In this document: piece by piece, positions 7,762-15,620 of the stretch
Numbering within the stretch: position 1 is the first letter of the stretch
Layout of the letters: the number at the start of each line of letters is the position of its first letter
Source of the DNA: an uncultured virus (IMG/VR IMGVR_UViG_3300011334_000503)
Taxonomy: Duplodnaviria; Heunggongvirae; Uroviricota; Caudoviricetes
DNA length: 64,000 nt
IMG/VR virus record: IMGVR_UViG_3300011334_000503
Reading direction: 5' to 3' (one strand)
The notes under the pieces: generated by a model
Told to the model about the DNA's origin: nothing
What the model saw: the letters and a program-made list of their open reading frames with translations, nothing else
The model's database searches: none
Translations under genes and position numbers: made by a program

Positions 7762-8697
7762 TTATAGTATTTCGTTTAGGAAAGGATAGTATTTCGGGCG
7801 TAAGTGAACTGACTGCTTCATTTCTAGTATATCGAGCATCTTTGTTCCGTCTTGATCGACCCACTCGTCTGGCCACTGAATCGTTTTGAGTCCTGAATTG
7901 TTTATAATTCTATTTGCTGTATCTCTAAGGCGTTGACGTTCTTCTCTAGTTCCAAAGAATGGTTGCTTTTTATACAATCCTGTGCCAGGAATCTTTCTTG
8001 ATTCGTGTTCTACTGGAAGCAAGTTTACTAGAGTTACGTTGTTAAGTTGTTTTGCAAATTCTATGTACCTTCTAAATAGATCTCCTGTTGCAGCAGCAGG
8101 ATTTTCTTGTCTCATTAGATGGAAACGTGCGTCTATATTCCCAAAATAAAGAACTACTTCGTCAAATACTTCGTTCATTAATTCGGGAGTGTTACGCTTT
8201 AAGAATCCGTGTAGAGTTCTTCCTGCTGTGAAGTCCAAAGAATATCCAGGTCTCCATACTGATAGAGCGTGAGAGTCTCCGATCACTCCCTTTCTGGTTT
8301 CTAGACCGTGAGCCAAGAACGTGTTGTACCAAGGCACTGTGTTAACGTTCGGATAAGTTACGCCTTCGATCTTTAGTCTCTGATTGAACTTGTTGAAGTC
8401 GAAAAAGTGGTTGGAATACCTTAGCTCGCCTTTGTATTCGGCGATCGCTTTCATCTTTTCGTAGTGTAATTGACTTGGTCCACCTGGTATATTGAATGAT
8501 CCTGGTACGAAATTAACGCTTTCACAAATGTATAGTATATCGTAATCTTTCCAAGTAGATACTTTCGGATTCACGTCTACTACATCTCCAGAATGATTAT
8601 CTTTTAGCATTCTAGTCTGTATTAATCCGTACCCCGATCCTTGCGTGTTTAGAGTTGTACCTACATTACCTAGCATGCTGATTAATCCTATTTTCAT
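7762..8697 (-). CDS. two-domain protein with C-terminal SGNH/GDSL-like hydrolase or acyltransferase domain
   Basis: VIGDSHA (block I), YFGNID (block III), SVHL (block V). Confidence 0.55.
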   Translation of the reverse strand: MKIGLISMLGNVGTTLNTQGSGYGLIQTRMLKDNHSGDVVDVNPKVSTWKDYDILYICESVNFVPGSFNIPGGPSQLHYEKMKAIAEYKGELRYSNHFFDFNKFNQRLKIEGVTYPNVNTVPWYNTFLAHGLETRKGVIGDSHALSVWRPGYSLDFTAGRTLHGFLKRNTPELMNEVFDEVVLYFGNIDARFHLMRQENPAAATGDLFRRYIEFAKQLNNVTLVNLLPVEHESRKIPGTGLYKKQPFFGTREERQRLRDTANRIINNSGLKTIQWPDEWVDQDGTKMLDILEMKQSVHLRPKYYPFLNEIL

Positions 8698-8701
8698 AAC
8701 T

Positions 8702-9352
8702 TTAAATTTTGTAATACGATAATTTACCTGTTTTTATTCTGTATATAATAGCTGCTGAGGTTATTCCGTAGTGCTCTCCCGCATGCTTTAATGAATCAAA
8801 TATAATACTATTTTCTATATCTATAACTTTTTTTCTCTTGGTGCTGGGTTTTCCAAATTGAGAATTATCTTTTCCGTATCTACTTCTACCCATTTTTAAT
8901 TTTGATTCTTCAGAGTGTTTAAAATTAGCTAATTTGGCTTTAATTCTATCTATAACTTCTTTACTATGTTTTTTATTGTAAAATGGGTTATTTTCTCCAG
9001 TGTTTAGTTGAGCCATTTTTTTTCTTGCGTATTCGACCACTCTAGAATTAGGAACATAATTCTTTGCGCTAGTTGATTTAATGTGGCACATTTTGCTAAA
9101 CGCGTATGCCAACTTATGATTTTTAGGATATATTTCGTGCAACAACCAATGACATAAAAAATGCTCTCTAGCTGTTAATATAGCTATATTAGGATGATAG
9201 TACTGATCACTTTTTCCTAGTCCTCCCATACTTTCTGGTACTATGTGGTGACCTTCGTAGTACGCTTCTCCTAATTTTTTTCTTTTTACTCTATAATCGA
9301 CTTCTGCTTTAGACCTTTGGCAAATTTGATCATATATTTTTTGATAATTCAT
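8702..9352 (-). CDS. HNH endonuclease with NUMOD3-type DNA-binding repeats
   Basis: EGHHIVPESMGG...NIAILTAREHFLCHWLL; GENNPFYNKKHSKE, KHSEESKLKM; C-terminal IFDSLKHAGEHYG helix-turn-helix. Start re-called to ATG at 9352. Confidence 0.88.
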   Translation of the reverse strand: MNYQKIYDQICQRSKAEVDYRVKRKKLGEAYYEGHHIVPESMGGLGKSDQYYHPNIAILTAREHFLCHWLLHEIYPKNHKLAYAFSKMCHIKSTSAKNYVPNSRVVEYARKKMAQLNTGENNPFYNKKHSKEVIDRIKAKLANFKHSEESKLKMGRSRYGKDNSQFGKPSTKRKKVIDIENSIIFDSLKHAGEHYGITSAAIIYRIKTGKLSYYKI

Positions 9353-9362
9353 AAAATAAAAA

Positions 9363-9454
9363 TGGTCCAAAAAATAAAGGAGCTACTACCTTCCTAAATT
9401 TAATGGACCAATAAGTTTTATTATAGACAGTTGGTAGTAGCAACTTTCTATCTA
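9363..9454 (-). ncRNA. candidate structured RNA (two hairpins with complementary loops) in the HNH leader
   Basis: Pairings (+ strand coordinates): 9363-9369/9404-9410, 9378-9381/9392-9395, 9424-9433/9441-9454, plus 9-bp loop-loop complementarity 9382-9390/9433-9441. Confidence 0.6.
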
Positions 9455-9467
9455 CAATAAATATTCT

Positions 9468-9491
9468 AAAAAAGCCCTCGTAATTGAGGGC
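9468..9491 (-). terminator. intrinsic terminator
   Basis: GCCCTC-AATTAC-GAGGGC followed by T6. Confidence 0.8.
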
Positions 9492-9498
9492 CTTTAAG

Positions 9499-9771
9499 TT
9501 ATTTTTTATTAGAAAGAATGTCTTTGCAAGCATCTGCTATACGGTGGTGATTTGTATCAATAGCATATTGATATAGACCTCTTATTTCAAATTCGTCGGA
9601 TATATCGTGATCATTAAGTACTTCTTTGGTCCAATCGTATTCTTGAGACTTATCTCCATTTGCTTTTCCTACTATTTCGTCTACTAAATCTGCGAACATC
9701 TGTTGATCGTCTTCCTTTAACAAACCTGCTATCTTCTGTAGCTTTTGTACTTCGTTTAGTTGTTTTTTCAT
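9499..9771 (-). CDS. small acidic protein with MKKQLNEVQKLQKIAGL leader (possible internal head protein)
   Basis: First 17 aa identical to the neighbouring ORF. Confidence 0.7.
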   Translation of the reverse strand: MKKQLNEVQKLQKIAGLLKEDDQQMFADLVDEIVGKANGDKSQEYDWTKEVLNDHDISDEFEIRGLYQYAIDTNHHRIADACKDILSNKK

Positions 9772-10020
9772 TTTATTATATTACGCCTTTACTTATTTTT
9801 TACATATTTTGTATCCTAATCTATCAAGCTTTTCAATCAGCTCTTTTGGAATTTCTCTATCCATTCCTCCATTATTCATTCTGATACCCAATGGTATTCT
9901 TTCCCACACTTTTATTAGTATCAGAAATTGCTCCTTTAAACTGAGTTCAGTATCATTTTTTTCTTTCTTTAGGCCGGCTATCTTCTGTAGCTTTTGTACT
10001 TCGTTAAGTTGCTTTTTCAT
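9728..10020. repeat. 44-bp direct repeat (9728-9771 and 9977-10020, 42/44 identical)
   Basis: gctatcttctgtagcttttgtacttcgtt(t/a)agttg(t/c)tttttcat occurs twice. Confidence 0.9.
9793..10020 (-). CDS. small protein with MKKQLNEVQKLQKIAGL leader
   Basis: Start re-called to ATG at 10020 by identity with its paralog. Confidence 0.65.
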   Translation of the reverse strand: MKKQLNEVQKLQKIAGLKKEKNDTELSLKEQFLILIKVWERIPLGIRMNNGGMDREIPKELIEKLDRLGYKICKK

Positions 10021-10035
10021 ACCAATAAATATCAT

Positions 10036-10058
10036 AAAAAAGCCCTCCGAAGAGGGCT
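10036..10058 (-). terminator. intrinsic terminator after groEL
   Basis: AGCCCTC-TTCG-GAGGGCT followed by a T-run; C(UUCG)G tetraloop. Confidence 0.9.
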
Positions 10059-10064
10059 CTTTGT

Positions 10065-11690
10065 TTACATCATTCCTGTCATTGGATCGGGTGACTTTTC
10101 GTCTTTATCTTTCTTTTCAAAGATAACTGATTCTGTGGTAAGAATAGTTCCTGCGACCGATGCTGCGTTTTTAACTGCGGTGATCACAACCTTTGCTGGA
10201 TCGATGATACCAGCTTCGAATGCATTGACCATTTTATGATTCTTTGCATCATAGATTTTACCTTCTACTAATTCGCTAGGAGTAAATTCCCACCAATTCT
10301 CAATTCCAGCGTTGGCCAAAATCTTGATAAACGGAGCTTGTAAAGCGGTCCTAACGATGTCCCTTGCTATAGACGCGTTAGTGTTGTGTTCTGAACGGTG
10401 TTCTAGGGAAAGTCTGTACAGAGCTGTTCCACCACCAGGAACGATACCATCGGCTAGCGCTGCTTTGGTTGCGAATAGAGCGTCTTCAACACGATCTTTC
10501 TTTTCTTTAATTTCGATGTCTGAGTTACCTCCTACGTTGATGATAGCTACTCCGCCTACGATCTTACCAAGCCTTTCTTGAAGCTTTTCTTTCTCGTAGA
10601 AAGAAGTCGCGTTGTCAATCTGGTCTTTGATTTCTACTGCTCTTGCTTCGATTGCTTCTTCTGATCCTTTGCCGTCTACAATAGTAGTTTCGTCTTTGGA
10701 AACTGTGGCGATTCTAGCTGATCCAAGGAATTGATCCAACTGTTGAGTAGTGATCTTGTCCAGTTTGTGTCCCTTGTCTTTAGAGATAACTTGACCTCCT
10801 GTGAGAATCGCGATGTCTTCCAAGATCAAGGTCTTTCTTTCTCCGAAGTCTGGCGCTTTTACCGCGCACACTTGAACGATTCCTCTCATCTTGTTAACGA
10901 TCAAAGTTGCCAATGCTTCGTCTCCGATGTCTTCTGAAATGATCAACAATGGACGATTCTCAGAGTTTGCTTTGGTAAGTACTTGCAACAACTCTTGAGC
11001 TGTAGAGATGCGACCGTCGTAAAGAAGAACGTAAGGATTGTCAAGACCTGCTTGCATTGTGGTATTGTTAGTTACGAAGTATGGAGATTTGTATCCCCTA
11101 TCGAACTGCATACCTTCAACGATTTCAAGGCTTGTTTCTCCTGTTTTGGATTCTTCGATAGTTACTACTCCTTCACGACCTACAGCATCAATAGCAGAAG
11201 CAATTAGGTTACCAACTTCTTCATCATTGTTTCCTGAGATAGTTGCTACTTGTTTGATTTGATCTTCAGTAGAAACATCGATAGCTACTTTTTTAATCTC
11301 TTCAACCATTTCGTTAACAATCTTATCGATTTCTTTTTTAATAGCTACTGCATTTGATCCTTGCCTGATTTCTTTCAATCCTGCTTTGATCATCTCTGTT
11401 GCGATAAGGGTAGAAGTGGTTGTACCGTCTCCAGCTTCGTTAGCGGACTTGATAGATACTTGTTTGACCAATTGGGCTCCAAGATCTTCGATATCATCTT
11501 CTAGTTTGTGGAAAGCCTTCGCCACGCTTACTCCATCTTTGGTGACTTTAACTTCTCCGCTTTGTTCCCTAATCAACACAGTACGACCACCTGGTCCTAG
11601 GGTTGATGATACTGAAGCGTTAAGCTTTTCTACTCCTGAGAGGAGTTTTTCTTTTAGTTCTTGTCCGAACACATTTTTAGTTACACTCAT
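10065..11690 (-). CDS. groEL: chaperonin GroEL
   Basis: [47 protein letters not shown]. Confidence 0.97.
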   Translation of the reverse strand: MSVTKNVFGQELKEKLLSGVEKLNASVSSTLGPGGRTVLIREQSGEVKVTKDGVSVAKAFHKLEDDIEDLGAQLVKQVSIKSANEAGDGTTTSTLIATEMIKAGLKEIRQGSNAVAIKKEIDKIVNEMVEEIKKVAIDVSTEDQIKQVATISGNNDEEVGNLIASAIDAVGREGVVTIEESKTGETSLEIVEGMQFDRGYKSPYFVTNNTTMQAGLDNPYVLLYDGRISTAQELLQVLTKANSENRPLLIISEDIGDEALATLIVNKMRGIVQVCAVKAPDFGERKTLILEDIAILTGGQVISKDKGHKLDKITTQQLDQFLGSARIATVSKDETTIVDGKGSEEAIEARAVEIKDQIDNATSFYEKEKLQERLGKIVGGVAIINVGGNSDIEIKEKKDRVEDALFATKAALADGIVPGGGTALYRLSLEHRSEHNTNASIARDIVRTALQAPFIKILANAGIENWWEFTPSELVEGKIYDAKNHKMVNAFEAGIIDPAKVVITAVKNAASVAGTILTTESVIFEKKDKDEKSPDPMTGMM

Positions 11691-11692
11691 AA

Positions 11693-11989
11693 TTAGTTAT
11701 TTTCGATTACTGCTAAAATTTCTGTTTCTTTGATAAGGATATAATCTTCACCATCTTGAGAAATAGTCATAGACCCCATTTTTGGAATAACTACTTTATC
11801 TCCGACTTTAACCTTAGTCTCGTAATAGTCTCCTTTGTGCCAGTTGTATGTATCTGATACTTCTACTACGATTCCCATTTCAGGTTTTTCTTTTCCAAGA
11901 TCTGGTAACACTATGGCTCCATACATTTGTTCTTCCTCTTCTAGTTTTTTGAGGACGATAATTCCGTTAAGCGGTTTAATTTTACTCAT
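11693..11989 (-). CDS. groES: co-chaperonin GroES
   Basis: IKPLNG, IVLPD..KEKP..G.VV, VKVGDKV, YILIKETEILAV; adjacent to groEL. Confidence 0.93.
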   Translation of the reverse strand: MSKIKPLNGIIVLKKLEEEEQMYGAIVLPDLGKEKPEMGIVVEVSDTYNWHKGDYYETKVKVGDKVVIPKMGSMTISQDGEDYILIKETEILAVIENN

Positions 11990-11992
11990 TTT

Positions 11993-12184
11993 TTATTCGT
12001 TTATAATTTCTAAATCTTGTACAGTATCACAAAAATACAGCAATCCGTCTTTACGAAAAACTATATCTATGTGGAGAAGCTCTTTTAAGCCATCTACGTT
12101 TTTCACGTGTTCTTCTTTAAAAGTTCTTACAACTCTAAAGAGCCCATCGTTTACACGTATAAAATTTATTGGTATTGAAAACAT
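11993..12184 (-). CDS. hypothetical protein
   Basis: 63 aa ORF in the chaperone operon. Confidence 0.6.
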   Translation of the reverse strand: MFSIPINFIRVNDGLFRVVRTFKEEHVKNVDGLKELLHIDIVFRKDGLLYFCDTVQDLEIINE

Positions 12185-12211
12185 AACTAGGATTATGAGT
12201 AGGCCTGTTTT

Positions 12212-12619
12212 TTACTTGATTTTAATTTGCTTTACAGCTTTTCCTTCTGCGGTAGGAACACTTAAAATAAGTAATCCCCTGTCTAAGGTAGCTTCTAGCT
12301 TACTTAAATCAAATTTAGTCGAAATCTTCCAAGTCAGATTAAAAGAAGATCTCTTAATACCTCGGTAAATTGGAGCTTCTTCAGGCTTGTTTGGTTTTTC
12401 GTATGTAATTCGTAATTGGTCTCCGTCGACAATGATATCAATATCGTTTTTGTCGAGGCCTACTGCGGCTACTTCAAATCGAATGCCGTCTTCTGTTTCA
12501 AAAATGTCTACTGGATGCGATATTTTCTGCGTAATTGCAGAAAAGTGAGGTGCTGATTCGAAAAGGTCTTTCCAGAGCAAGTCAAATGGATCTAGCTCGA
12601 ATGGTCTTAATATTCCCAT
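12212..12619 (-). CDS. small heat-shock protein (Hsp20/alpha-crystallin)
   Basis: PVDIFET, VAAVGLDKNDIDI, YRGIKRSSF, ATLDRGLLILSVP. Confidence 0.92.
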   Translation of the reverse strand: MGILRPFELDPFDLLWKDLFESAPHFSAITQKISHPVDIFETEDGIRFEVAAVGLDKNDIDIIVDGDQLRITYEKPNKPEEAPIYRGIKRSSFNLTWKISTKFDLSKLEATLDRGLLILSVPTAEGKAVKQIKIK

Positions 12620-12751
12620 AGTGTTTAGTTTTGTGTTCCCTTACGGTGAACGGTTTTTAATATTTGTTTTCGTAACTAGAGGCCTACTCACAGTACCTCT
12701 TTGTTATCTATAAATATATATAACTTTTAGAAAATAGAAAATAATTTATCT

Positions 12752-15055
12752 CTAGTGACCGTCTCTGAAATTGTGGGCAATTGCTGGTGGTGCTTTTAGA
12801 GCTATACTAAGTTTGGTAGTATTCTCCATGCAATCTTGAACTACTTTAGCTGCATGCTCAGCTTTTCCTCCCTCTACTTCGCAAATGATCTGATCATGAA
12901 TCTGTGCACACACCCAACCGTTTATTCCCTCTTCCTTAAACCTTCTGTTGATTGCAATTGCCGCTCTGTTAACTATAGAAGAAGCGAGACCCTGAATCTG
13001 TACGTTTCTACTGTTGTTTACTCCATTTATGAAGTCTCTCTTAACGCTTTTGATCGCTTCTACTCCGTGTTCTCTTTCTAGCTGCTTTACGAAGTTGTAA
13101 TCTAGCATACCGTCTCCAACCTTTTCAAATATCTGCTTTACTTTTGGAAGGTGACGTATTCTACCTACTTGAGTTCTTATATAACCGTTTTCTTTTACGA
13201 ACTTTGCAGATTCTTCCATCCATTTTTTAAGTTCAGGAAATCCATTTAAGTAACCTTCTACAAGCACTTTAGCGTCTTTGGTAGATATGTCTAGGTTTTT
13301 ACCTAGAGCGTATGCTCCCATGCCGTAAGGAATACCAAGAGCGTAAGCTTTTGCCATGTTTCTAACCTTAGGCGCGAGCTTTCTTAAGTAGTTCTCAGCT
13401 TTTTTATCTGGGGAATACTGATCTAGCTTTTCTGTTTTGATGGCGATAGTGGAATAAAAATCCCAGTTGTTTCTAAAGATGTCTTTGAGTCCATCGTCTC
13501 CAGACACGTGAGCGAACACGTGAGGCTCTAGAGATTCGTAGTCGTTATCGATAAAGATGTTGCCTTCGTCGTGAATAAAGAATGCTCTTACTCGATTAGT
13601 ATATTCTACTACGATAGGATCGTCGTCTCCTTCCTCTTTTGGTCTAGGTAACTGTTGAGCATCAGATCCATATCTTCCTGATACGGTACCGTGTTGCTTG
13701 TAATAAAAATAGTACCTACCGTTTTCTTCTCTTTCTAAGAACCTTTCTACGTAAGTGGACTTTATCTTTAGTAGTCTATTATAGATTCTAAGGTTTTTTG
13801 CCCATTCGTGCTTGTCTGCTATCGACTGTATGAGATCGTCATCGAACTGTGGCTTACCTTTCTTGGTTTGAGACAGAGGTTTTATACCTAAAGCTCCAAA
13901 AGCAATTTCGCCTAGTTGATCCTTTGACTGAATGTTAAAGTAAAGTCCATCGTTATGTTCCTTCCACATTTCTAAACTTATCTTAGTAGCTAAAGTGCTA
14001 TCAAGATACTTTTGATCTCCTGTGACTAAAAACTCTTTAAGGTCTCCATCAGGCATAGATCTTATGTTGGCTTCGTTTAGATTAAACTTTCCAGTTTTTT
14101 CGGACTTTGGAAACTCTACGCCTAGCGTATTCATGTATCTATTTATCCAAGGACCTTTATTAGTAAAAGGAAAAGAATCAGTGGCTTTGACAATTACCCA
14201 GAGCTTCGTTTCTTGCTTAGACATTAGTTGATTTGTTACGTCATCTAAGTATCTTTTCATTGTCTCCTGTATCTCCAGATTAGTCTTGGAGATTAATTCC
14301 ATATCAAGCTTAACTCCTTTTTGTTCCATAGGAATAGTAACTTCCTTATAGAGTGGCATTACTTCGTCCTCAAAGAAAAGCTTGTCAAGATCTTCTTCGT
14401 AAAGCTTCTTTATAAAGTGATTGTAAAGTCTGAGAGTTAGATCAGTATCAGCGATGGCGTATTTACCAAGTATGTCTAGATCAGCTTTCCAAATCTCATA
14501 GTTGGCACTTGTGATAGATCCACCGTTAGCTTTGATAGAAGTCTTAAGCTCTATTTGTTCTTCGTTAGCTTCTTTTTCTATGTCTAAGCCTATTTCTTTC
14601 TGAATAGATTTTGCCAATTCTTTGAGACCAAAAGGTTTACCTGATCCGAATCCTGCGCCTTCTTCTTGAACTGTGTGTACCAATAGCAGTGTATCAGCGT
14701 GTAAGCTAGACAATAAATCTACTCCGTAGAAGTTCTTTACGAAAGGACCATCGAACGCAAAGTTGTGCGCGATTATTTTTTTGCCTATAAGAAAAGAGAG
14801 ATACTTTTTTGCTAGATCGTGAGACAGGATGTCTTCTATTTTGTAATCTACCAATTCTCCGTTTGAGAGAACCATTGTTGGTAGATAGTAACCTTGTCCT
14901 ACTTCTGCAGAAACAGAAAAACCAATGATTTTGCCTGTTCTCGAGTTAAGACTGTTGGTTTCTATATCGAATGCTATGATCTCTTTGTCTTTTACATGAG
15001 CGATCATATCTTTGAACTTGGACATACTGTCCACTAACACATAACTTTTTTCCAT
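12752..15055 (-). CDS. polA: DNA polymerase family A with 3'-5' exonuclease
   Basis: FDIET, HNFAFD, YAIAD exonuclease motifs; DYESLEP, RNMAKAYALGIPYG, QIHDQ polymerase motifs. Confidence 0.95.
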   Translation of the reverse strand: MEKSYVLVDSMSKFKDMIAHVKDKEIIAFDIETNSLNSRTGKIIGFSVSAEVGQGYYLPTMVLSNGELVDYKIEDILSHDLAKKYLSFLIGKKIIAHNFAFDGPFVKNFYGVDLLSSLHADTLLLVHTVQEEGAGFGSGKPFGLKELAKSIQKEIGLDIEKEANEEQIELKTSIKANGGSITSANYEIWKADLDILGKYAIADTDLTLRLYNHFIKKLYEEDLDKLFFEDEVMPLYKEVTIPMEQKGVKLDMELISKTNLEIQETMKRYLDDVTNQLMSKQETKLWVIVKATDSFPFTNKGPWINRYMNTLGVEFPKSEKTGKFNLNEANIRSMPDGDLKEFLVTGDQKYLDSTLATKISLEMWKEHNDGLYFNIQSKDQLGEIAFGALGIKPLSQTKKGKPQFDDDLIQSIADKHEWAKNLRIYNRLLKIKSTYVERFLEREENGRYYFYYKQHGTVSGRYGSDAQQLPRPKEEGDDDPIVVEYTNRVRAFFIHDEGNIFIDNDYESLEPHVFAHVSGDDGLKDIFRNNWDFYSTIAIKTEKLDQYSPDKKAENYLRKLAPKVRNMAKAYALGIPYGMGAYALGKNLDISTKDAKVLVEGYLNGFPELKKWMEESAKFVKENGYIRTQVGRIRHLPKVKQIFEKVGDGMLDYNFVKQLEREHGVEAIKSVKRDFINGVNNSRNVQIQGLASSIVNRAAIAINRRFKEEGINGWVCAQIHDQIICEVEGGKAEHAAKVVQDCMENTTKLSIALKAPPAIAHNFRDGH

Positions 15056-15058
15056 AAA

Positions 15059-15226
15059 CTACTTTTTTTTGTAAGGTACCTTTTTGTTAAGGGTATTTCT
15101 ACGTCTTTCGCATCCACAATCTTCTTTTCCAAATAACTTAGCGATCTTTTTAGCAAGCCTATCTATGCCAAAGAAATGAGTGATCTTAGCGATCGTGTCT
15201 CCTAATCCTTTACTTTTTGATGTCAT
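15059..15226 (-). CDS. small basic protein MTSKSKGLGDTIAKIT...DCGCERRRNTLN (55 aa, below the ORF-track cut-off)
   Basis: Manual translation; fills the gap between neighbouring genes and carries GLGD and CGC motifs. Confidence 0.7.
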   Translation of the reverse strand: MTSKSKGLGDTIAKITHFFGIDRLAKKIAKLFGKEDCGCERRRNTLNKKVPYKKK

Positions 15227-15410
15227 TGATCTTTTGTTCTAATTCTTTTACTTCTTTTCCAAAAGTTCCTACCAATATCGCCATCTGTGTCCAAACTTGA
15301 TCTATTTGATCTTTAAGCTTAAAGATAGATCTCCATTGAAAGACTTGTACTATCATTAGTATACCGATAATTGATAGATAAACTGTTTCTGGTGTAACTG
15401 TTAGTGTCAT
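15210..15410 (-). CDS. small membrane-anchored coiled-coil protein
   Basis: One transmembrane helix followed by a heptad pattern. Confidence 0.6.
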   Translation of the reverse strand: MTLTVTPETVYLSIIGILMIVQVFQWRSIFKLKDQIDQVWTQMAILVGTFGKEVKELEQKINDIKK

Positions 15411-15437
15411 ATATGTAACCTTTTATGTAAATATACT

Positions 15438-15620
15438 CTAATCTTCTGATTCTGATTCTTTTATATCTGAAGTCCCTTTAACCCACTTTGGATCAAACGG
15501 GCAGTGAATACAGTCTTTACCGCAGCAATAACCTCTGCTTTTGTGGTAAAGTTCTGTCATAACTATTCTACCATCGTGCAAATAGTAGTGAACTCCCTCT
15601 ATGAACGGTGTCGTAATCAT
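15438..15620 (-). CDS. Cys-rich small protein (DUF5522-like)
   Basis: RGYCCGKDCIHCPF. Confidence 0.7.
   Translation of the reverse strand: MITTPFIEGVHYYLHDGRIVMTELYHKSRGYCCGKDCIHCPFDPKWVKGTSDIKESESED

Noticed and set aside
9330..9533. 67-aa minus-strand ORF
   Set aside because: It crosses a terminator, a promoter motif and the structured leader, and overlaps both neighbours.
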